Source: Selaginella moellendorffii
Taxonomy: Eukaryota; Plantae; Lycopodiophyta
Direction: 5' to 3'
DNA: 64,000 nucleotides
NCBI RefSeq assembly: GCF_000143415.4
Contig: NW_003314265.1
Span: 944,405-1,008,404, forward strand
Shown here: in pieces, positions 15,589-28,127 of the stretch
Layout of the letters: each line of letters opens with the position of its first letter
Position numbering within the stretch: the first letter of the stretch is position 1
The notes under the pieces: generated by a model
What the model saw: only the letters and a program-made list of their open reading frames with translations
What the model was told of the DNA's origin: nothing
Databases searched by the model: none
Translations under genes and position numbers: made by a program

Positions 15589-18500
15589 CTAGCTACTCAA
15601 GAGCTCGTTAAACCTCTTGTAGCTGTCCGAGCTTGAAGACCTCGGGCTCGTCACTTCCAAAACTTCCAAGTCGATCCCCTCTGGCGTGAGCACGAGCAGC
15701 TTCGTGTCCTCTGTCCACGGCCGAGGAATTTCTTCTAGTCCAGTCGCTGCTGCCTGAGTGTTTTCATCCAGCCTTTTGTCCAGCCTTGCCACTAGCTCGT
15801 CCAGTCGTGCCTCTGGCTCCGTCTGAGGTAGCACTGCCTCTTCTTCGTCCCTGGCCTTCGGAAGTAGCTCGAGCTCATCTCCGCTTCTCAGGTACTTGAG
15901 CTCATGCCTGAGCATAACGTCCTCTGGCTTTGAAGTTGCAGTATCACAGGCAGTCTCGGCCTCCTTGGTGTACTGCTGGTTGTATCTCTCCACAAAACTC
16001 ACCTGGATCGACTTGGGGAAGTTGCCACCTTGGAGCCGAGAAGCAAACGCGAGACTCTTTTTGTAGTCCCCTACCACGTCTCTGTGCAAGGAGATCTTGC
16101 GCAAGAGATAAACCGTCGGGGAGGCTCGCTGTTGGGACGCATCAGCTTCGTCCAGAAAATGCTCCGGAACACCCGACGCCCGCGCGGCCACCTTCCGACC
16201 ACTCGAGGGGAAGAAATGCATAATACAGCACCGCTCACTCTTACGTGGTTGCCCCTTTGCCACGCTCACTCCTCTCTGTGGCGCGCTTAGTCACGCCCTA
16301 AATGTTTAACAACTAATTCTAAATTAATAACGCTAAACTTTATGTTTGTGCTCCTTATAATTTCTTTCTTATTTTATTCATTCTCTTTAGTATTATGGCT
16401 AGAATGGATATATTGATCATGCTCAAGATAGTATTCTTTCTTTTTCTGATTTTATTGAGAGAACTAATAATAAAGTAAATTCTTTTACTTTTTGTATTAG
16501 GGTTGGTCTTCTTCCATAAGAGAGAGAATGTGAAAGATGCCATCAACAAATGAGATATCAATTTGATAATCAAGGTTGTAAAGATGGTTTAAAGTGGAAT
16601 TATAAAAATTGCAATACCACAAGATCTCTTAGAACTAATACATGGTTTGCAAATAGTAATTTCACATTTGCTCAAATGCTTAGAGTGATGTATTGTTGGT
16701 GTATTAAAATATCACAAGATCAAGCTCGTATTAAGTGTAATATTAAAAGTGAGCATACGACAACAAATTGGTCAAACTTTTGTCGTGATATTTATGTTAT
16801 CACATTACATCAAGGTAGTCAAAAGATTGGTGGTCTAGGAAGAATTGTGGAAATTGATGAAAGTACATTTGGTAAGTAGAAATATAATCATGGTAGAAGA
16901 GTAGAAGGTTAATGGGTCTTTGGAGGAATTGAACGTGATTTAGATTGAATGTTCCGATCATACTACACAAACTTTAACTGATATATTATATACATATGTT
17001 GAACCAGATAAGTTCTATTTCTATTATTATTCTTAACTAATAATTATAATTAATTTTTTAGGAACAATTATATATAGTGATTGTTGGGCTAGTTATGATT
17101 TAGAGTGGTTGAAACAATTGAACTTCACTCATTATACAGTTAACGACTCCCAGAATTTTGTTGATCCTGTGATTGGAGTTTATACAAATTATATTGAATC
17201 AACATAGAATGTAATGAAAAGATCCCTTCCTTGCTATGGTACAACAAAAGGATTATACAGCTCTTACTTTCAAGAATATATTTGGCAAAAAATATATATT
17301 GAAAGAAAGGAAGTTGCATTTAATATTCTAAGCAGTCATATTAAGCTGCACAATCAAGATAATGCTGTTATAGTAGAATTAATAATATATTTGATTTTGT
17401 ACTTTTAAATACTTACAAATAGTTGAAAATAATGTACTAGAACAATCTTTAATTTATAGTAATGAGGTGGCATGCGCATGTAAGCAATGAGGTGGCATGC
17501 AAATCCAAATAAGCAAATACCCTAAATAAGGGGGGTGCTGTATTATGCATTCTACCCCTCAGGTCCACTTCCAGTAGAGACATGTATTAAGCTCTCACGC
17601 AGTCGGGGAGCCGCCGCTGACAATGGTGAGAGAGCCAGAGCAAACGTGGTTCGTTCGTCAAGATGAGGAAAGGGAGGCAGTTGGCAGAGCTCCAGCGCGT
17701 AGAAATTGGCTGCTAAGTCGCAAAGCTGTTCCAGCCTGCGGGAGGAGTGTCTTGATCCTTATACCAAGCTTGACGAAGTCGCAAGGTTGGGAGGAGGCCA
17801 GTGACTGGGACTCGTACTGGCAGCATTTGTCACCTCCGCTGTAGCGTCGTGGAGTGCTTTGCTGAAGAAGTAGTCTCCGGGCCCGGCTTTGGTTTCTTCC
17901 CGTGACAAGTTTAACGTAGAGTAGAGCTTTTCTGCCACCAAGTCACGGAGATCCACAGCATGAAGCTCTGGCTGAGCCGGCGCTAAAGTCGCAAGCCACT
18001 CAATACCCCTGGCTAGAGTCCCACTGCAGTAGAACTTGTATTCGCTTTTCCCAGTGGTCAATAAAACTATCCAGCTGCTGATCTTGTCGCCGTACAATCT
18101 GTGTAGCTGAAGCAGCAGCCCCACTCTTCTTCTGGTGGCGGCCTTCTGTTGAGATCGCCTTCATCTGATCCAAAGCCACTTGAAAATACCAACAGTGGCA
18201 CAGAGGTCCCGATCGGAAGAGATTCCACCAGTGAATGTAGCTTGCTGCGCATCCTGCTTAGAGGCAAGCCTTCGTCAACCAAGAACAAGAGAGTGCTTGC
18301 CCCGTTGATACTTGGCTGGAAGCTTCTGTCAAGACCAATCTCGCAATGGTACATTTTCGACGTTGCTCGAGATGTAGCATGCTACTGTGTTCCCTTCCAG
18401 ATTTCTGATCAGCTTCGACCTCAGCCACGATGCCGGAAGCTCACTGCCTCGTCCCTTGGACGAATTGTCTCCCATGCAGAAAACCAGTTTCCAGTAAATA

Positions 18501-18745
18501 GTTCTCGCCCGTGGATTCCTAGCTCTGAGAACCAGAGAAACTATTTCTGACACATCCAAGAACTTCCAGATGCTGTTGAGAGGTGAGACTTGATGCATTT
18601 TTAAGTCTTCTTTGGCGAGTCCTTGCTTTGTGACTTGAGAAATGTTCTTTCATCCATGTTGGATCAGCAAGCCAAGGATCATTGATGATAGAGCTGCTCA
18701 GGCTTATAGTTTTCACAATCTTGCAGCCTCCATGATAGCATCAAT
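15589..18745 (-). pseudogene. C-terminal fragment of a SAC3B/GANP-like gene, frameshifted and split by a Merlin element
   Basis: WKFLDVSEIVSLVLRARNPRARTIYWKLVFC...SWLRSKL, GASTLLFLVDEGLP...LHSLVESLPIGTSVPLLVFS and LARGIEWLA resemble the plant SAC3B C-terminus. The pieces lie in different frames and no 5' half is present. Confidence 0.7.
16209..17556 (+). mobile_element. Merlin (IS1595/ISXO2-like DDE) DNA transposon, decayed
   Basis: TIRs GGAAGAAATGCATAATACAGCACC and GGTGCTGTATTATGCATTCTACC. Transposase remnants: CERCHQQM Zn-ribbon, KIGGLGRIVEIDESTFGK*KYNHGRRVEG*WVFGGIER, PGTIIYSDCWASY, TVNDSQNFVDPVIGVYTNYIEST, YFQEYIW. Degenerate TSD ACTCGAGG / CCTC-AGG. Confidence 0.88.
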
Positions 18746-19997
18746 CTTACATTATATGGCATTGTAGATGTATACTTGGACCTCATGTCATCCCCTCCTC
18801 TTGAAATGATGGAAGACTATCAAAGTTCTCTTATGAATGGGCTAGGATCTAGAGGAATATTAAAAGGAGGCATTAGTAGATTATAGATGGTTCTAGTTGT
18901 TTTTAATCCCTTTGAGCAAAACATTTTAAGTGTTGTATAGGCAAATTTTCTGGAGGATTAGGTTGCTGGATGTCATGTCGAACTTTATAAATTTATGGTC
19001 CAACTTACCATAACACTTGATATTGTCCTTTCCACTGACTAAGGAGCCCCTTAGATAAACCACATGTTGTAAGATTGGGAAATAGACTAACACCAAATCA
19101 TCTACTTTGTACTTTACAAGTGGAAAATGATGAAAGTTATAGCATTGTTATTGTCCTATTTGTATACGGCTTAAGTGTTCAGTAGACTTTGCTTGGACAA
19201 ATGGAAGAATGATTATCAGATATTGATCCCACAACCTAGCATCAACAATTTGTGGCAATTGCATAAGTAAACCAAATTTCATTGGTAGTATTGGATAATG
19301 ATCATATAAAAGTTTATATGGTGAAGCATCAATAAAACTTTACACCTTTGTGGCATACGCATATTGAAAAGATGGTAAATAGCAATCCCAATCCAAATGC
19401 TAAAAGTTTATATACTTTATGATCATTCTTTTGAAAGTTCAAACAAGACATTCCACCAAACCGTTTAATTGGATGATAAACACTCATGAAAGTGTGGCAT
19501 ATCCCCAACTGAGACGTCAAAACTTGAAATGCTTCAGCGTATAAATGTGGGACCATTATATGAAAGAATTCACTCCAGACAAAATTGTTAAAACACCACT
19601 TGATTGAGGAAGAAGTATCCAACAACAGTTGCAGATGCACTAGTAAAATATTGACTTCCATTTAGCAAGTTAAATAGTTAAAAGTAATAATGACATACTC
19701 ATTGTTAACAGTCGACCATGGAAAAGGCCCCATCAAATCAAATGTCATCAACTTAAATGGATGAGAAATTACAATTAACTCTAACCATCCTTCTGAAACA
19801 CAAGGGGGAGTATTACGAACTTGGCACCAAATGCAGTTATGCATATACTAAATAATATTATATTGCATCTCCGGCCAATATAAAAACTACCCTAACTTCT
19901 TGGTCACACGATAATATCCCATATGCTTGCTTAGAACAAAAGAATTATAGTAAACATGGAGAAAATATAGAATAAAGATTGAAGGCACCACTAGCCA

Positions 19998-22900
19998 GAG
20001 CGCGGACCACTTTTGAGCTCATTTGAGCTCGCGAGTTGAGCTCAATTTTCAATTGCAATTTAATACAAATATTATAAATTTTAAAAAGTTAAGGTTATAG
20101 AAAACCTAACTTTATACTATATTTTCATAACTCTCTACATTTTATATGGATAAAACTATTTTAGAGGAGGCTTCTTGTCCAAGAATTTAAATATTTACTA
20201 TATATTATTTTATTTAAGTTCGTCAAAACATAAAATAAATGGTTCTAATATTGGTAGTTTCAACTCTTGAAATTTTTCTCCTCATGGTAGTAATTCAAGG
20301 ACTAAGAGCTGCAATATTCATCCCATTGCACAACACATTCAAAACATATAAAAGATGGAAAAAGAGGATAATGAGAATAATGATCATATATTGGAGATAA
20401 ATGAAATGATAAAAGATGCAACAATTTAGGTGAAAAAGAATGCCCCCCTATTTTTTTTAAAAAATTACAATTCCATGACTTTCAAGAAATGCCATATTTA
20501 TTTCTAGCTTTTGGTGGAAACAGTGGCAACAATCAATACAATAGTATATACACTCTTGCAATATATTGCAATATCATGGCCCTAAACTACTATGAAATAT
20601 ATTTTGAGATGGTAAAGATAGAAAAAAAAGACACACTAGTATTACAAATAGTATTGTAAAAAGAAAACTTGGAAGTATACAAAATGAAATGAATGTTTTA
20701 CTATTAATTATATAAAGTATAAAAAGTATATATTACTGATAGAGAATAAAACTTGCCTGATGTATATGAATATCCACTTTAGGATCTTAGTGTAAAGTGT
20801 TGATGAAAATGTAATATATATATGCCTTCTTATATTTCTTGTGCTTAGTAAAGTTTAGTTATATGCAAGGAAAGTATTGAATAACAATTGTGTACTCTCC
20901 ATTTTTTTTTTTTTACAATGTGCAATATCTTGGAGCAAAATAGTACTTAATATCAAGTCTATTATTGAATACTAGGTTTTTCACTCCAAGACCTATACCA
21001 ATATCTTCATCAATAAAGAAAAAATAACACTTTAAGTGAAAAATTTTCATATTACTAATAGAAGCTTAGGAATTGTACTTTATAAATGTGCCACGAATCA
21101 CTTTCTCAATTACAATTGCCACTTCTTGAGTTAGTGAAGTCCTTTTCCTTTTTATCCCATTATATAACATCTCAACAAAAGGCCTTGTTTCTAATATCTT
21201 TCTTTCTTAAATGCTAATGCTTTTGAAAGCTACTTTATAGTATATATCAAATCCAATAAACATGTTTTATACAAACTTATCTTCTCTTTCTTTACCTCAA
21301 AAGAATACTAGCTTAAGTGCTTACTTTTTAAGAGATTCATTATTGGGATGTATGTGAGGTCCTCAAGTGGTTGGTTCTAATTAAAAAGATAATATTAAAA
21401 GGAAACAAAAATAAAGAAGAAATAAGAGGCTTCATCTCTTCTAACCACTCTATCCCACAAAAGGAAGTAATACATTTTGCCCTTGTAAATGGCACAATAT
21501 AAAGGAAAATTATTGCAAAACCAACACTTGAATCCAATAATAATGGTGTCATAGGCAAGAGGATTGATTATAGACATTTCAAAAAATATAAAATTTTTAT
21601 AGCTATTTTGATTACATGTTTCATCTATGTAATCCAAATGCTTACAATAGTAAACTATAGACACTATTCCTTCAAAATGCTAAAGGTGTGTGGTCTTGAT
21701 CTTACGCCAATTTTAAACATTTTACTTGGTCTCCATCCCTTTTCATTTGGAACTAGTGTTGTTGATAAGAGGTTTTAGATCAAAGAAGATATTGTTGTTG
21801 TAGCAAGATGGAAGCTCACTCATGGGTATATATAGAAATAAGTGTATCTTGACTGAGAAGTGGGAAAAGTGGAAAACATTACTAATACCTTTGAATATTA
21901 CTGAAGATGGAGCTCATGAATTTAGGGCTAACACTAGCATAGTTTTTCCACTTAAATTGGAAGAGGAGGAGAGGATGATGACTAACTCTTTCTTCACATT
22001 CACTTTAGCTTAAACACTTTGATTGGAGATCCATAAACTTGAATCTCTATAAAGTTCGGTTTATGTTTTATCTTTCTACCCTTGCCAACACTAGAAAGAT
22101 AAAACACCAAGCAACAACCATACTAATATTGTTGCAGATCACAACCTCTAACAAAATAGAGCCAAGATGAAGATAAAAATGGCAACATAAAAAACTTTTA
22201 GAAACATGATTTTAAGAGAACAAAAGCGGTGGGTGATCTCAAAAATGTAGAAGAACCTTTTCATCCTTCTTTATAGGTTTGGAGTTCTCTATCTCCCTTA
22301 TGCTACTTGTAAAAATCTATAGTGAAACATAAATTGAGATTTAAGGAGATTAATAAGAAGAATAATAACAATATACAAATGAATTTAAATACTATAGCAT
22401 ATCTAATATGTGTAAGTGTGATAGTATTATCATATGTTCTGTTGTCTATTGCATGCACACAAATCCAAGAAAAGGTTTTCAGCACGTGAAGTTTGATTGT
22501 TAGTGATGATAGTAATAACATTCTGCTTTAGCATGGAGATGCAAGATATCCGATCACATGTAAAATATCAATAGTTTGTCAAATCTTTAGTGTTAGGTGA
22601 TGTTAGTAATGATAATTCTTCAATGACATAGTTTTGATTCTCAATATGAGTTGAGTTTTAGCCATATATACAAATACTCCTCAATGGCATTTAGAGCATA
22701 TGCCTATAATTTAGGTTCTTACACAATACAAAACAAATTTATGGATATGGATTCATCCATTCATAGATTAAAATAGTACAATATATTTAATATAATAATG
22801 CAACATACCAGATTTATACTCTTTAAAGTTCTGTCATGAATCCAAAATATGTATGAAATCTTGTTTAGAATGCATCCTTTCTATATAAATGGGAAAACTA

Positions 22901-25900
22901 ATATTAATTGTCAAATAACTCACATATTGAAAGGTGCTATATATACCATCATTTAAAAATTTTAAAAAAATTTACATACAATATAAATGTATCTTATGTT
23001 ATTGATAAAATAATATAGGGTATAAGCCAAGTAGTTTCTGGCCTCCGGACCTGGAAACTACCCGAGGTCGAGATCGGGCTCGCCACCTCGGGCAGTTTCT
23101 GGCCTCGAGGGCCCGAGGTTATTCAAATAACCTTGGGCCGCCGGACCGGGAAACTGCCCGAGGTCGAGGTCCGGCTCGCCACCTCGGGCAGTTTCTGGCC
23201 TCGAGGGCCCGAGGTTATTCAAATAACCTCGGGCCCCCGGACCCGGAAACTGCCCGAGGTCGAGGTCCGGCTCGCCACCTCGGGCAGTTTCTGGCCTCGA
23301 GGGCCCGAGGTTATTCAAATAACCTCGGGCCCCTGGACCCGGAAACTCCCCGAGGTCGAGCTCGGCCTTGCCACCTCGGGCAGTTTCTGGCCTCGATGGC
23401 CCGAGGTTATTCAAATAACCTCGGGCCCCTGGATCCCCAAACTGCCCGAGGTCCAGCTCGGCCTTGCCACCTTGGGCAGTTTCTGGCCTCGGGTGAGCCC
23501 AATAGTGCCACTAACATCATATTGAATCTTGTGGTTGAGTAGATTTGCAATATATTCCTAGGTATTGATTTGAAACTCCATTAGCAATGCAAGTTTTGCT
23601 TGAGCTCTATTACTCACTAGATAGTATTGTGACTGATTGCACAATAAGTAATGGTTATATGGTGGAGTTAGCATATAATTCTAGTAGATTGGTGTTTGCT
23701 ATTAAAAAACATCATTTATTTAAACACTGGCTTAGAGTTACCTCTAACCTCAAGGAGGTAATTTATATTTATTAAGATTTCATTACATATTTAGTTTTGT
23801 TTTATATATCACACTCACCTTGAGTTTTTAGAGTTTGAGGTTTTTGAAGTCTATTAAAGTATGCAAAGGCTATGGCTTAACAAATGCAAAGTGAGCACAA
23901 TCCCAATATAGACGGAGGCATAGAAGGAAATGACATGTTGATGATGACATAGAAGAAAGTTAAATGAATCCTTACTTGAGAATAAAATCCTATCATATAT
24001 CAAATCGTCAGTAATAGTGTTAGTGTTAGTTATCAATGTTAATATCATATTCCATAATTGCAAATTGGTATTCTCACATGCAACCATCAATTTGTAATGT
24101 TTGTGTGTTGTCATCTCATCCTTCAATATCTTATCAACAATTATATGAAGTGATAACACTAATTATGTAGCAGTTGTGGCAATGCTCAAGAAAACTATAA
24201 AAGCCCTTAAAAATGTCCTGATTTAAGAAAAAAAAGGCATATTAGGCATCTTAGAATTAAACTCTCAATTTGTTCATTAATTCCCATTAAATCAAGAGTG
24301 AGATCTTCTATGGATTGGGTGTAATAGACTTCAACTTGAGGAAACTCCCCATCATTGACTTTGTCAATAGCCTAAAAAACCCATATTCTACACTAGCTAA
24401 TGCATTGTTTCCCATGGGGATGTTGTTCCTCACCATGAAGAAATAGTGGGTATGTGTCTATAATTTATTCTTGAATTTATTGTACATCTACACTTTCTAC
24501 GCCCATTGTTAGGCAATTTAAAAAAAATTTGTAATGAAGACATTTGTCTTGTCCAAAAAAAAAGTAACATATTAGACATTGAATATAATAGCATTTTGTG
24601 CTTTTAAGTAGTCTTGCCATACCAAGAGCAAGATCTTGCAAAAACATGTGGCACTGCTCTTGAAGCATTGAAGGTAATCACTCTTTAGTAACAATATTCA
24701 AAATTTTGTATACAGGGAGCTTTAGTTTGACTTTATAAAAACCTTTAATAGAAAGAAAATTGTAATATGGTTATGGTGGAGACGAATGTGGAATGTTGGT
24801 AAACCTTAGGGATGAAGGTAGAAACTAATATGAGATGTTAGGGACTTATAGATGAGTAGTAATGACTTTCCTTTGAGCCATTTCTATATTAAATATTTTA
24901 GGAGTGTAAGGATAATAAAAATACTATAATAACTAACTTTTTTGGAATTTATATATTAATTTTTAGTCTTGGGAATAAGGTTTATTTATTATGACACTAA
25001 TAATACTCAGATTCTTGAAATGTCAATCTCAGAAATGAGATTTCAAAATCATAGTCTATTTATGAATAGAAGAGCTTCTAGCATTCTAGATACACATGCT
25101 AGAATATTTATCATTTTAATGACCATCTATATATATATTTTTCTACACTTGAACTTTCTAGAAAAATACACAAGGAAATATAAATTATATTATAGTAGTA
25201 GAGTATGCAAGCACACGGGCCCACATGCATTCTCTTATGTGAGATTACCTCTCAAGCTTGGAAATGTAGATAAACTTGATTCTTTGATGTGATATCACTT
25301 TTGAGTCTTTTAAAATATTTTGATTTCTATTATTATTGTTCACAAATGACTCTCAAAAAATGCTAGTGGGGATTCATCCAAAAAATATACCTTAGTTTTC
25401 TCATATAGGAGGATTGTGCTATAGGCAAGTAAGTAGAGTTTTTTATATGAATTACTATATAATGGTCTTTACATTCTAATAAGGACTAGAAGTGTAATAT
25501 GAAGATTGTGATAATGAAAGAAAATTAATATTCTCACATTGATTTGCCCTACAACTCTTACTTACAGATATTTTATTTTACTTAAGAACTCTAGAATTAA
25601 TGAATTTTATGTAAATATATATTGCCTTACCATTATACACTATAAATGGCTACCCTTCAAAAACTTTATCTTGATTCATATTAATGAATTGTAAGAAAAT
25701 CAAAATATGATAGTTGTAAAGATAGTCTTTAGTAAGAAAATAGATAGGTTCTCATGAACTTAAAATTTTCTAAATAACTCAATCTAGTAGAAACTTTTGA
25801 CCTAGGTATTCATATATTTTAATATTTTAAAGTTTGTCAGAACCTTAAATTTTTTAACATAGATTTTCTTTATAAGAGTTATAGTTGACTACATTGACTT

Positions 25901-25960
25901 ACATTGACTTGTGTTGAATTGAGCTCAACTCGTGAGCTCAACTCAACTTTGGACCATCCC
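19998..25960 (-). mobile_element. MULE/MuDR-like TIR DNA transposon (5963 bp), heavily decayed
   Basis: 9-bp TSD CACTAGCCA (19989-19997 and 25961-25969) inside the Gypsy pol sequence. Imperfect ~45-bp TIRs with a TGAGCTC(G/A)CGAGTTGAGCTCAATT core. Minus-strand remnant SELPSCYNNNIFFDL...KGMETK...NWRKIKTT...CKHLDYIDETC resembles GCM-type transposase N-termini. Confidence 0.7.
23033..23491. repeat. GC-rich 96-bp tandem array (about 4.7 units), two hairpins per unit
   Basis: GGCCTCG starts at 23101, 23197, 23293, 23389 and 23485. Hairpins GGGCCCGAGGTTATT-CA-AATAACCTCGGGCCC and AAACTGCCCGAGGT-N16-ACCTCGGGCAGTTT. Confidence 0.95.
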
Positions 25961-26198
25961 CACTAGCCATAAATGATCATCAAGATATATCCCCATAAAA
26001 TAAAAAAGACTATTCTCAAGGTAATATTAAGAATGTAAATGTCATAATGTTAAATCATTAGCAAGTGATGCAATACTTTTAAACCCATTGCAAAGCCTTC
26101 AAATCCACAGTTTAATCTCTTGAGCCTCACGAAGCTTATCAATGGAAGGTAAATCTTACTCTGCACCTTGTGGACATTAAACATCAAGTATAGCAACC

Positions 26199-26360
26199 TG
26201 TAGTGCATATGATCATGGGATAAGATTTAGATATATTGTCACCATGGATTCTTAGAACTTTAGGGGATAAATGGGGATAAAATAGCCACTAAGGGCTCTC
26301 TCATTAAGCAATTGCCCCTTTTCCAATTGGTTTAAAGGGAGAGAAATAAAATGCGCTACA
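26199..26360 (+). mobile_element. solo LTR of the TRIM family seen at 6439
   Basis: 162 bp, TGTAGTGCAT...GCTACA, homologous to 6439-6600; perfect 5-bp TSD CAACC. Confidence 0.9.
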
Positions 26361-27421
26361 CAACCATAGATGGTATGGAATTCTCATCTAAAAAATGCAT
26401 AGATGCTAAAATAATAGGATTATTAAAAACATGAGAAGAGAGCGAAGAAGGAAGAGGAGCTCAAGAAAGGGCATCAACATCAACTATAAAACTCCCTAAG
26501 TGATGAACAACATCAAACCCACTAAGCAGTACGACTAGCCAAATTGTTCTACTTTAATAATGAAGTAAATGCAACATGATCACTTTTTAGTAATGTTCGA
26601 GAACCATGTAGATATACATGAAATTTCTTGAAACCCTAAACTACTGCTAAACACTCTTTCTATGTCATGGAATAGTTCACTTCACTTGGTTGTATGCAAT
26701 AAAATGGTGTTGACCAAGCACACTCAAACTCTCTTGTATCAACATACCTTTAAAATCAATATCAAAAGCATTTATGCGTAAAATGAAAAGTCAAGTGTAG
26801 TTAGGATACACCAAAATTGGAAGAGTCGTCAATAGAACACCTGCTCATAGTTTACATACCAGATGAAAAATAATGTTGACAACTTGAGCAACACTTGTAA
26901 CGATGCAATGTGATAAAAAAGATGATTAACAAAATAACTAAAATACTACACCTTGCCCAAGAAATGTTGCATATCATTCATACATTTTAGAGTAAGAAAC
27001 TTTAGAACAACCACCAGTTTGTCAAAATCAACTTCCAAGCTTATATCATTTCCGAGTGGATCAAGACATCATTGATGAAGTTAGAAGTCACTAAACACTT
27101 GATCACTGCCATGCTGGTGGAACCCAATGCCATGATCTAGAGGAGCTTATTAGGCACTTACAAGATCCATGGTGACACTAAGATGTCAAAGTTCTCTTGT
27201 GGATGGGCTGGGACATGAAAGAAGATCAAAAGGAGGCATTAGTAGATCTGTAGGTGAGCCAATTCAACACCTTATAAACATCATGAATGTGTTCCTCCCA
27301 TGTCCTTTCCGAGTGAATCAAGACATTATCAATAAAGTCAACAGTCACTTCTAGCATATCATAAAGAACTATATTCATCATTCATTAGAAAGTTGCTGGA
27401 GCATTATTCAAACCAAACGGC

Positions 27422-28127
27422 TGTAAGCTCTTAAATTTAAACTTCCCAAGAGATCACTTAACTCAATATTATTCAAACCCAAGGATGTTTAAGCCCAAAT
27501 ATCCCAAGACTTTTAACTGATTGAAAAAGAGGGTGCACTCTTGTTCATAAGCCCTTTCCTTATATATTTGAACCCCATAGATCGTCTTTCAAACCGTTCT
27601 CTTTAGTTATTTATAATTCACCACACTTCCCTACAAGTTCATGCCCTCGTGAACAAAAGCTAAAAGCTACAACTTTCCCAAGAGCCTTGCTCTCTTAACA
27701 CTCTACCCCTTGAGTCGAGCTTAGCTAGAGAAAATTGAACCATTCTCTTTGGTTGTTTATAATTCACCACACTTCCTTGTAAGTTCATGCCCTCATGAAT
27801 GAAAGTTGAAAGTTATAACTCTCCTAAGAACTTTGCTATGTTGACACCTTACCCCTCAGAGTAAATTAAACCTATTAGATGTCAATTAATATATGGTGCA
27901 ATTCCCCTAAGCGAACCAATAGAGTCAGACCCTAAACCCTCTTTGATACAAAATATAAGCTCCTGAATTTGGATTTTTTGAGAGGTCACCCAATCTAGTA
28001 TTATTTAAACTCAAGGACACTTATCCCCAAATATTGCAAAACCCTTAACCGATTGGAAATGGGCTCTTTCCCTCTATATTTGAACCTCATAGATTGCCTT
28101 TCAAGTCATTCTCTTTAGTTGCTTATA
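27422..28127 (-). mobile_element. Cassandra-like TRIM with a 5S rRNA-derived segment in both LTRs
   Basis: LTRs 27422-27615 and 27954-28127; decayed Met PBS (CTTTGATACAA on +) next to the right LTR; TSD ACGGC/ATGGC within the Gypsy RT. Segments 27439-27493 and 27971-28025 align without gaps to the reverse complement of the 5S rRNA A-box/IE/C-box region. Confidence 0.8.

Noticed and set aside
23033-23491. CRISPR-like look of palindromic repeats with intervening sequence
   Set aside because: The intervening segments are near-identical rather than unique spacers, there are no cas genes, and the context is eukaryotic.
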